A DNA stretch of 64,000 bases. It comes from Epithemia pelagica (lineage: Eukaryota > Protista > Bacillariophyta). The notes under the pieces were generated by a model, which was not told the origin of the DNA, did no database searches, and saw only the letters and a list, made by a program, of their open reading frames with translations. Of the stretch, positions 44,867 through 54,752 are shown one piece after another. Position numbers and translations under genes: made by a program. The stretch lies in NCBI GenBank assembly GCA_946965045.2, contig OX337228.1:2294001-2358000 (forward strand). Direction: 5' to 3'. Every line of letters begins with the position of its first letter. The first letter of the stretch is position 1.

Positions 44867-45955
44867 CTACATGCCACTCACATTCCACCTATAAGAATCC
44901 TCCTTTTGTTGAGTTGCACTAAATTGATTCGCCAGAAGCCGGTCTTCGAATCCATTTCCTCGATCGTTTCCATCCCATCTGAAACCAGGTGAGATTCCGA
45001 AGCGATTTGGTTTTGGCTTTGGTCCCTGATACATGGGACGTTTCTGTCGCACATCATCCCTTTCCGATTCTTTTCGTTTCGTGCTTTTGTGCGCCATCGG
45101 ATCCCCTTCTCGAATTGCGCTCCGTTGAATTTTGTCAATTTCGGCGTCATCTTTCCCCCGCGCAAAGTCAGACTGTCGAACTTTCTCAAACTCTTGTCTA
45201 GCCAGCTCAAGTTGCCGTTGTTGGACAGATCCTGTATTGAGTTTGACTTGTTGCGCTGTGTTCAGAGAAAACGAGTTATCCTTTGAGCTATTCCCTGATC
45301 GTCGATATACTGTCTCTCCCATTCCGTGTTCATCCACCATTGCTTCTGAATGATTTCGTTGTTCATCACGAATACGACCCTCTATCTTAGCGAATTCGCG
45401 TCCGGATTGGAGTCCGTGCTTGCGACTGGAAAGGGATCGAGAAACCCTATTGATTTTGTCTTCATCGTCCGAATCTTCTTCGTGACGAGGTTTGATGATT
45501 TTCGTATTACCTGCAGCGTCAGATTCAAGGCTCTCTTCGCTCGAATCATATCGCTGCTTCGGTCTTCTTTCCGATGAATTTCCGTGGTGAGCTCTTCTTT
45601 CCATATGAGGGATGTTGGTCTCGTCGTTATCATCTGAATCGTATCGGTGGCGCTTCTTTCCGACCGAGTGGTTTCTGTCATGATACGATGACGAAACAAA
45701 AGAATTTCTCTCGTTATCATCTTGATTTACAATCACTGGATTGTCTTCTTCACTATTTTCTCCTTCGTCGGTATCATTCCAGTTTGCGGAAGACTTCACG
45801 TCCTTTTCAATATCGTCATCGTCGTTGAAAAAGACAGTGTGGTGCTTCTCGGACCTTTCCTTCTTTTTCCGATGCTTTTTACCCTTCTTCCGGATACTCC
45901 TAGCCTCATCTTCTTCTCCATAATACTTGGACAAATAGTCGAGCTTACTTGACAT
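44867..45955 (-). CDS. BUD13: BUD13/Cwc26 pre-mRNA retention and splicing factor
   Basis: LDYLSKYY N-terminus, GETVYR, REGDPMA, PNRFGISPGFRWDGNDRGNGFE. Confidence 0.9.
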   Translation of the reverse strand: MSSKLDYLSKYYGEEDEARSIRKKGKKHRKKKERSEKHHTVFFNDDDDIEKDVKSSANWNDTDEGENSEEDNPVIVNQDDNERNSFVSSSYHDRNHSVGKKRHRYDSDDNDETNIPHMERRAHHGNSSERRPKQRYDSSEESLESDAAGNTKIIKPRHEEDSDDEDKINRVSRSLSSRKHGLQSGREFAKIEGRIRDEQRNHSEAMVDEHGMGETVYRRSGNSSKDNSFSLNTAQQVKLNTGSVQQRQLELARQEFEKVRQSDFARGKDDAEIDKIQRSAIREGDPMAHKSTKRKESERDDVRQKRPMYQGPKPKPNRFGISPGFRWDGNDRGNGFEDRLLANQFSATQQKEDSYRWNVSGM

Positions 45956-46317
45956 TCACAAACCAGAGTTGTCGCACGTCGTCGTGCTGCGTAAATCATC
46001 AACAAATGGCGGGGTGTGGTGGTTGGTGTTTTGGTGGTGGTGGATGAGGGGCGCTCGTCTGTCGTCTGTCCGATTCCGATATGTTTTGTGTTTTGTGTTG
46101 CCAATTGCCAATTGCCAAATTCATCATCTGTGACAACAGGCGCGCCGTTGAAGGTTATGCACGCGTTCTACCTTTCCAAAGACGTGTCTTCCTTGGACAA
46201 CAACACGAATACAAACTCTCTTTGCCATGCTTGTTCCGCTTTGGCCAGTTTTTGCTCACTCTTTTTCACAACAGGGAATACGTACTGTCACTAAGGCAGT
46301 TCACGGGGTAAAGAATC

Positions 46318-47356
46318 ATGGATCGGTAAGTTCCTTTTGCTTCCTATTCGTACGGTGGCGGTGGACAAAGTTAATGGGATAGGAGAGGCCTTCCGTATGG
46401 CTTTCTCCTAGCATTCAGTTCATGTTATGGCGTGACTAATTCAAGCCCTTTTGTTCATCATCTTCAGTTATCAAAAGATTGAAAAGCCAGGATCAAATCT
46501 TGGAGAAGGGACCTACGGAGTGGTTTACAAAGCCCGAGATCGTCAGACTGACGATATTGTGGCCTTGAAGCGTATCCGTTTGGAGGTCGAAGATGAGGGT
46601 ATTCCATCAACCGCTTTACGCGAAATTAGCCTTTTGCGCGAGCTATCGCACAGAAATATCGTGGATTTGAGAGATTGCGTGCAGGAAGATGGAAAGCTCT
46701 ACTTGGTTTTTGAATTCCTTGATAAGGACCTAAAGAAATACATGGAATCATGCCACGGGATGCTTTCGCCGGCTCTCGTCAAGTCTTATCTGTTCCAGAT
46801 GTGTCGGGGATTGGCTTTCTGTCACGCCCGTGGAGTGATGCACCGTGACTTGAAACCGCAAAACTTGTTGGTAACTAGGGACGGTCGCCTAAAGTTGGCT
46901 GACTTTGGATTGGCTAGAGCGTTTTGTCCACCGGTTCGCCCTCTGACGCATGAAGTCGTCACTCTTTGGTATCGCCCTCCAGAGATTCTTCTTGGGTCCC
47001 AAACTTATGCTCCTCCCGTCGATGTTTGGGCAATTGGTACCATATTTGTCGAAATGGTTACCAAACGACCTCTCTTCCCTGGTGACTCTGAAATTGACGA
47101 ACTCTACAAGATTTTCCGGCAGCTTGGTACCCCGACAGAGAGCGTTTGGCCTGGTGTTACCCAGCTTCCTGACTGGAATTCGTCATTTCCAACTTGGTAC
47201 AAGTCTCCTTTCGCCCCAAATGTCACTAAAAACCTGGAGCCTTCTGGGCTTGAATTGCTCGAATTGTTTCTAGCTTATGATCCCAAGAATCGCATCAGTG
47301 CAAAAGAATGCTTGAACCACCCATTTTTTGATGATTTGGACAAGGAGAATGTGTAG
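46318..47356 (+). CDS. CDKA2: Cyclin-dependent kinase with PSTALRE helix (diatom CDKA2 type) (2 exons)
   Basis: Micro-exon 46318-46325 (ATG GAT CG), intron 46326-46467, exon 46468-47356. This gives [53 protein letters not shown]. Confidence 0.92.
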
Positions 47357-47721
47357 TTTTCCAGTTGTGGCTCTTCCGCCCAAGGACTCATGGAATCTGT
47401 CATCGAAGGACGCCGGGATGTCCGTTGCTTCATGTTTCCAATTTGAATGTTTTGTGGCAGGGACATGCTCTTCCGTAGGACACGTTGCTCAGTAACATTG
47501 CCACTGTGACAGAAGCAGACTTTGTTGTCAATCTATAGAACGTTAGCAAAAAATCCTAGGGAAGCTTCGTGTTAATCTATTGGTACACAATCCTTTTTTC
47601 CAGTGAAGTGGGTGCAAATAACGATGCATTGACCAGTGCCTATGATAGCGGTAGGAGTGACGCGCTCGTAGCAGGATAAGGTAGGTCGTCTGCCGGCTAA
47701 GCGGAAAAAAGAACAGAATGC

Positions 47722-50296
47722 TCAGGATAATCTGCTTCCATGATGTCCCAGATCATGCTGCAAAGGCGGCACGACTGAGTTGCAATGATGCTCACGGTGT
47801 GTTTTCCGAGTTACCCTGGTGAACGCGTTGTGGGAAGGTTCATCATGTTGTTGTCTACTGCAAGCCGATGGGCTGTTCTCCAGATAAAAGTTCAGTAAAC
47901 GTGTAGTCGCTGGATTAGAAGTCGTCACGGGTAAGCCGTCATTTGCTCGACCTGTCCGCATATGTGTCTGAACATCCAGGGCCAACTTTTTACCCAGTTC
48001 CACACCCCATTGGTCAAAGGAGTTAATGTCCCACATGAACCCTTGCACAGCTGTTCGATGCTCGTATATAGCCAACAGTTGCCCGCATGCATAAGCTGTG
48101 AGCTTAGGTAACAGAAGTGATAAACTGCAAAATCAAAATATAATGACATGAGAAAAAAACATTCCGATAGTGCAGGGGTACAAGATATACGTACCTCGGT
48201 CTATTTCCCTTGAATACTTTGTGGGGGATCAACTCTTCGGGAACACCCTCTGCCCTAACCTGTTCCTCGGTTTTGCCTGTTGCTAACGCATCCGGCTGAG
48301 CGAAGAAATTGGCCATCAATTCGTCGTGAGACGACAGATCTTCACCCTCTACACAAAAGTCATGTTGGGACTGGACGAAACCAATGAAGTCACAAGGAAC
48401 AGTTTGACCCATGTGAAGGAGTTGATAAAATGAGTGCTGGCCATTTGTTCCAGCTTCTCCAAAATCAATTTCACCCACAGGGTAATCGACTTCGAGTCCA
48501 TGTTTTGTCATGCATTTGCCATTGGATTCCATGTCCAGCTGCTGGATATGGGCCGGAAGCTTCAGAAGAGCTTCTGCGTACGGTAACGTTGTCCTAGATT
48601 TGTGCTTCATGAAGGACATGTTCCAGACTCCCAACAAGCCCATCAATACAGGTATGTTCTGGTCGAACGGGGCAGTTGCGAAATGCTTGTCAATGGAATT
48701 TGCTCCCTTGAGAAACTTCTCGAAAAGGTCGTAGCCATACAAGAGACTGATAGGAACAGCACCCGCAGCACTGCAGACACTATACCTTCCACCTACAAAG
48801 TCCCAGAAGCGGAAAAATCTTGACTGGGTATCAATGCCAAAGTCTTTGACCTTCTCAATAGATGACTGTGATGCACAAGCAACCATGTGTTTTCGAACAA
48901 CCTCTTTGTCATTGCCCATGAAGTCCCAGAGCCATTGTCGCATGGTCTTGGCATTCAACATCGTTTCAGCTGTTGTAAATGTCTTTGAAACAACGACGAC
49001 CAAAGTTTCCTCAGGATCTAGGTCTGCACAAGTACGTTCAACGTCAACAGGGTCAACATTGGCAAGGAATCTCAAACTATGGCGGAAGGGGGATGATGAG
49101 AAAATTTCACAGCATTGGGCGAATGATCGAGTGAGCAAAACCTACCTGTATCCCAGGGCCGAATTCACTCCTTCTGGTTCTGTCTTCAGGCATTCGTGTA
49201 GAAATTCGGGTCCCAGATATGAACCACCAATTCCAACTGATACAATGTTGCGTAGTCGTTTCCCAGTGTAACCAAGAATCTTTCCCGATCTTACGCCGTC
49301 CGTAAATTGCTTTATTTGATCCAAGACTTCATGTACTTCCGCCACTACATCAGTGTCATCAACGATCACTGTGCCAACTTCCTCTCGTCCAGCGCGTAAA
49401 GCAGTATGAAGGACGGCACGTTCTTCAGTAAAATTGATTTTGTCACCCCTCATCATTGCTTGAATTTGTCCAGCAAGATTTTGTTTCTTCGCGAGTTCAA
49501 ACAGAAATTTCATCGTATCTGCAGTAACTCGTTGTCTCGAATAGTCCAAATACACGCCATCGTAGGTAGCATACATAGTATCTGAGCGTTCTTGGTCTTG
49601 CAGCAAGTCTCGCAAATGCTGTGTCTGTAGATGTTCTGCATGCTTTTGCAAACGCTTCCATTCTGAACATTCTGAGACCAGCTTTGGACGGTTCACGATG
49701 CTGTCCCATATGAGAGCAACTGGGTTCTTTTTCTTAGGTTTGTTGGAAGAATCATTCGTGGCCTCATCCGTGCTTGGTTCACTTTCAATCTCTTGTTTGG
49801 GAATCTCTTTCTTGTCCTCTTCCTCAACCTCTTTCACATCTTCTTGCTTAATGATATTGCTATTTCGTCTTGAAGATACAATACCATGAACTAGATTGAC
49901 TGTCGCATGATGATGGTGCTCCCAAGCGACAGTGGGTAAAAAGCGAGTTGAACGGGCTACGTGGCCACGCACATCGGAATGTATCTTGTGTGAGTCAAAC
50001 TGAAAGTTGCGACGGGCACCTTCGTCTTCCTCCTCCTCGAATTCCTCGAGTGCATGATAAAAGCTGGTAAAGTCTTCAGTTTGCAAAAAGTAGTCTGGGT
50101 AGTCTTCTAGCTCGGCCGAGCGGTCTGGTTCAGTCATAACGTTCCGTGCCCATTCTGTTTCTGGTCGATAGTTCGACTGTAAGGGCGAGTGTTTCACTGG
50201 AATAACAAAGGCTTCCACTATCCTTAACCGACTGTTGTTGAGGACCAAGAGAGAGGAGGAGCAAAACAACAAGCAATAGCAACGAAAAGCATTCAT
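47722..50296 (-). CDS. GPI: Glucose-6-phosphate isomerase with bipartite plastid-type leader (3 exons)
   Basis: Exons 50296-49146, 49076-48195 and 48124-47722. Motifs [77 protein letters not shown]. Leader ..VEA/FVIP. Confidence 0.94.
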
Positions 50297-51028
50297 TTTA
50301 CAGGTGTATCATTTGGTGTGAGTAAAGATCTCATATCGATGCGTAAAGGACGAGAAACGAGAAGCAACCCGAAGTGTTTTGGAAGTTGCTGTTGAGTGTT
50401 GACGTTTGCTTGCCACGACATCTCGGCCAATTAGAAAAATCGACAATCGTAGGTGTCACTCTCTGCCAAAGTGATGTCAAAAAAGTGTCGCGTTCGTTCT
50501 CATGTCGTCATCTATCCCATACAACTTTATGGTGACACAAAAAAATGAAACAGCATCCATCAACAACACACTTTCTCCAGTTTGCAAGTTACTCAAGCCG
50601 CGTGTAACTCCATGAACAAGACACATTCGACACGCAATCCACGCGTAAGGGTGGTGCTACTTGTAGCATCCATGGTCCAACGAATCGTGTCTTACCTGGC
50701 AAAGATGCCGAGCACCAGAGTTGTCCTGGCTTTCCAACGATCATGTCTTCTATCTGATGTGTTTGATGGTTGAAAGTGATATCTTCCATCCATGGTTTAC
50801 AGACTTCCCTTGGACTCGCCAAACTTGAAGAAGAACCTTTTCGCCTCACAATTCGAAGGCTTCTCCAATGTGTAGTGTGGGAGTGTTCTATTGTGAAGGA
50901 CGAGGCGAAAATCTCCTTTTGCTACTGCAGCGTATCAAACAACCTGACCACAACTACAGGCAAACTTACAAGACTTTCGTACTAGCCTTGACTTGTAAAT
51001 GGAAAGTCGATTGCAAAACAAACAAAAG

Positions 51029-51412
51029 ATGCCGCTTCTCTCTTCTGCTCTAGCGATGGGCTTTTCGCTTTGCGCATTGTTCGTTCTTGTTGAAGGAGTA
51101 AGTACGCCCGTCACATCCGGGTCCGGCCAGCTTGTCTGTCGCGGACTCGGACAGAATCCTTTGGTGTAGGACCACGTGGTAGTTCCTGTAGGGGCACTCA
51201 GTTCGCCACGCACTTTTTCAGTGTCTTCGACAGTTGAGGCCGCAGCAGGATGCAGGGTCTGCCACCAAGCGCTTCCGAGTTCAAAAACTACTGATCGGTT
51301 ACGATTTTCCCTCACAATAAAGTTTCGATCTTGGAACGCTTTGAGTGATGATGGGGTTTTCGGATCCATAAATTTCAATCCCAGTTGCGAGGAATATGAC
51401 GCCTTCAACTGA
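51029..51412 (+). CDS. Possible small secreted protein (2 exons, ~104 aa)
   Basis: A-rich context then ATG at 51029. Exon 51029-51097 encodes signal-like MPLLSSALAMGFSLCALFVLVEG. Intron GTAAGT..TAG 51098-51169 (72 nt, phase 0) joins in frame to 51170-51412. An antisense 164-codon ORF competes with this model. Confidence 0.33.
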
Positions 51413-52188
51413 GTGATGTAAGCGACCAATCAACATCATCTGTATGAATGGTGACAAGAGCTGATTGGATACAGTAAAGAAAGCTGTTTTGCAGGAACAT
51501 TTTGCCAAGATGGGAATTCCAAGCGAGAGGTACGTTCGAGTCAACGTGAGCGTGGTAAGTACGTATGTCCCCCACAGTTCCCCCGCACCCCCGCGCTATT
51601 GCAATAGGTACCTAAAAATCGAGCATCGAGCTACTCCTACCAACCAAAGCTAGCTAGCGCTAGAGGTACCCGTGTAGGCCGTAGAGCGGGTAGGGATATC
51701 GTTATTCCATAGGAGTATTTATCTTGACGATGTGGCAATGGCGCTTTCTCGCCGTACAACCAACTGCACCAAGAACCAACAATCAACGAAAAGAGATCAT
51801 TACCGGGATTTTTCAATCTTCACTCTGGTTCTCTTGTGTTTGAATTCCGTCCGTGATCTGATACTGACTATGTGCAGGTCCCTTTTGTCACCGCAGGATG
51901 GTGGGAGTCAAAATTTTTGGGGTCGGTTCGAATCGACCAATGGCAATGCACCAACCGGACACGATGTTAGGAGGGACTATGACAAGGCGCCATCATGCAA
52001 TCGCTTTGTTTGGGTTACATCGTCTTACATCACGCTCACGATTACCAGGGAGTCGCTGGAAACAACCGTATGGATTTGGAGACTAGAAGTGGGAGTCAGG
52101 AACTCGACCATAGTTTCATTCATACAGCAGGGATCATCCATTACAAGGCAGATTTGCTTAATGTTGGAAGAAGCTGACGTTGTGAACC

Positions 52189-54171
52189 ATGGCGGTGTCA
52201 TTTCCTGGACAATTCGATGATGCAGAGGACGAGGAATCGTTTTGTATCCCACAGGCTACTTTTGTCGGTGCGTTTGACGATGCCGAAGAAGAAGAAGGAG
52301 AAAACGAGAATGATTCGTTTCCGAGATCATCATGTGTATCCAGGAAGGCGATCATGCCAATGAGACCCGAAACTGGCATGGATGCAACCAACCCTCCCAT
52401 TGATTTCGGCAGCGACAAGGACCAGCCAAGAAATGATGAGGGCAAGGGCCCTTCCCCTATGCATGTGTCTCAAACCAAAAGCCACGGTTACAGCAACAAT
52501 CGCACGGAAACTATTCAGAAAAGAGTCTTTTCTTCAGAATCATCCATGCCTGGGAACAAATCGAGTAGGGGCGTCATTGACCTAGCCACGGACTCGGAGG
52601 AGGAGGATGTGGAGGGAGATTTTGAGAATGATTGTCCACAGAAACCCCAGGATCACTTGCGACTGGAAACGATTCGTCAGCAGCTCTTGACACTTCATAT
52701 TCAAAATAGACCATCGAACGTGACTCCAATTGCCCGAAGAAGGAATTTGCACACCAAGAAGGCTAATAGCAGCAGCATCTTTCAAGGTGTTTCTCGCACA
52801 GGATTAGTCTTTCAAAGTACCATTGCATTTTCCAATGTGAAATACCACCTTGGCTATTATGCGAGCGAATGGGATGCAGGAACCATGTATGCTTGGGCAT
52901 ACGGTATTATTCATGGGAAGCAAGAGCGACCAGAACCACTGCAAAAACATCAAGTCAAGGCGACGCTCCAAAACAAACATTGTGCTTCTTCTAGAACCAC
53001 CGCACCCACAGAGAACCCAAATCCAGGTCCGAAGAAGGAATCCGACAACGCAGACTCCGCAACGTCTGCCGAAAAGGAAACACCACTTGGGAACAAAAGT
53101 CACCACCTTCTCCCAAGACCGACTCTTGCGGGCACAATGCCACCTTTGGCACTCTTGTCGCGGAATGGCAGTCCACAGGGGACGACCCTTTTGCCTCGAC
53201 CACTAGAAGTGCCCAAACCCGAGAAAGTAACAACCCCAGCCCATAGCCCTCTTCGACGTCGAAAGCTGCCTCTTCAGCTGGGACCCAGAGAAACAGAAAA
53301 ACTCAGTGCCCAAAGTGTTCGAGAGAAACGAAAACGTCGTAAGCTAACAGCCGTGGAAATGGAGAATTTGAATATTTTGCAATGGGCTGCAGACTCTGTT
53401 TTGAACCCTTCGAGGAAAGACACGCCGAAACAAGACCCCCGCTGCTTCCAAGGGCAAAACGTTAACGTTACCGTCGCAAAGGACTCTCCACAAAACGAAG
53501 AGCAAAACAATGAAAAACAGAATGGTTCCCCCACAACCACGACTGTGTCACTCTCTTCCCAGACATTCCAAGGGGGAAATGAATCAACGATTTTGTCACA
53601 AACTATTTCAGAAGCAACCAAGTCTCGCGCAAAGCTTTCTCCGGCAGCCACAGAGTTGCTCCATTTACAGCATCCCTCCAAGTTACTCATACAAGCGGGT
53701 TTTGTAAAAAGCCGTTTGCTCATTCCTCGGATTGTGACACGCGACCATGGTTTGGCTCGTCCCGTGGTTTTGGGCAAGCACAGGGATAGTCTGACGAACC
53801 GAGATGTCATTTTTGGTCGTGGGAATTTTGCCAACTACCATCCAGGCAATGTCTGGTTCCGATCCTTGACGTCGTGTTATCGTGATATGTATGCGAGCCT
53901 TTCACATGTGGAAAAAAATCAATTGGCGAACAACTTGGTCCAATATATTCGGTTCCTAGGAGGACGGTTTTTGGAGCAACAGGAACACCATGTATTCTTC
54001 GAGGCGGGGGACAAACGTGCCATTACCAAAACCACACAGGTCTTGCGGGATGGCAAAAAACCAGAATCCTTGTTGGTGCAATCCAAACAAGGACTCTCGG
54101 ATGAAGTGAGCAAGGCCAATGTAGTAGACGAGCCTGTTCGGACGGGTCGGCAAAACCTGGATGGAGTCTGA
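52189..54171 (+). CDS. Putative transcription factor: AP2/ERF-like domain plus C-terminal DUF6824-like domain
   Basis: AP2-like SSIFQGVSRTGLVFQSTIAFSNVKYHLGYYASEWDAGTMYAWA (~52770-52910). DUF6824-like DVIFGRGNFANYHPGNVWFRSL..GGRFL..AITKTTQVLRD (~53800-54050). NLS-like EKRKRRK. Confidence 0.78.
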   Translation: MAVSFPGQFDDAEDEESFCIPQATFVGAFDDAEEEEGENENDSFPRSSCVSRKAIMPMRPETGMDATNPPIDFGSDKDQPRNDEGKGPSPMHVSQTKSHGYSNNRTETIQKRVFSSESSMPGNKSSRGVIDLATDSEEEDVEGDFENDCPQKPQDHLRLETIRQQLLTLHIQNRPSNVTPIARRRNLHTKKANSSSIFQGVSRTGLVFQSTIAFSNVKYHLGYYASEWDAGTMYAWAYGIIHGKQERPEPLQKHQVKATLQNKHCASSRTTAPTENPNPGPKKESDNADSATSAEKETPLGNKSHHLLPRPTLAGTMPPLALLSRNGSPQGTTLLPRPLEVPKPEKVTTPAHSPLRRRKLPLQLGPRETEKLSAQSVREKRKRRKLTAVEMENLNILQWAADSVLNPSRKDTPKQDPRCFQGQNVNVTVAKDSPQNEEQNNEKQNGSPTTTTVSLSSQTFQGGNESTILSQTISEATKSRAKLSPAATELLHLQHPSKLLIQAGFVKSRLLIPRIVTRDHGLARPVVLGKHRDSLTNRDVIFGRGNFANYHPGNVWFRSLTSCYRDMYASLSHVEKNQLANNLVQYIRFLGGRFLEQQEHHVFFEAGDKRAITKTTQVLRDGKKPESLLVQSKQGLSDEVSKANVVDEPVRTGRQNLDGV

Positions 54172-54309
54172 ATACCAGCAAGATTCCATCAATGACAATA
54201 ACAAATAGGTCTCTTTCTCCTTCAAGGATTCAATGTCATGAAAAGTTGCATCGACCCAGGAGGAACACCATCCTGTCCGAAACTAATGCCACCAATGAGG
54301 AATCCGTCA

Positions 54310-54490
54310 TCACTTACTCCTAGCTTATCGTTTCGTCCTTTTCGATATAGGAGTAGCTATGCATTCAATAAGCTATCTTTGCTATATCTACCTTTCTTTT
54401 TACAGTCGACCTTGAGTCGCTGTTAAAGCACGGAAAAGGAAAAGACGGCGCGACGACGACCTATTTTTTGTTGTTTTAGATAGGAGTAAT
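54310..54490. promoter_or_regulatory. TAG-rich intergenic island upstream of the DMXL-like gene; inverted octamer pair
   Basis: TACTCCTA at 54315 and TAGGAGTA at 54348 (inverted, with an inner tatcg/cgata stem). A third copy sits at 54481. Confidence 0.5.
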
Positions 54491-54752
54491 TGGCGAGCTG
54501 TTTTACTTGACGGCATAGATTGCTCTTGGTATTGCGTTGACCGTTGATCGGATCATTCGCTTGTTTCTTGCACCAATTGTTGTGTCCTACGTCGTAGCAT
54601 ACTGTCTGTGGCATCAGTGGGTGTGAGGGTGTGAGATTGTCGTTGGGGGTCGACGATATCCAAGGAGGCCGGTGGTGTGACTCCAAACTTGGTATTCGGT
54701 TTGGTTGATTCGTACGTAGCTCTGCGCCAAACCACGCTACAGTGGACGCACC

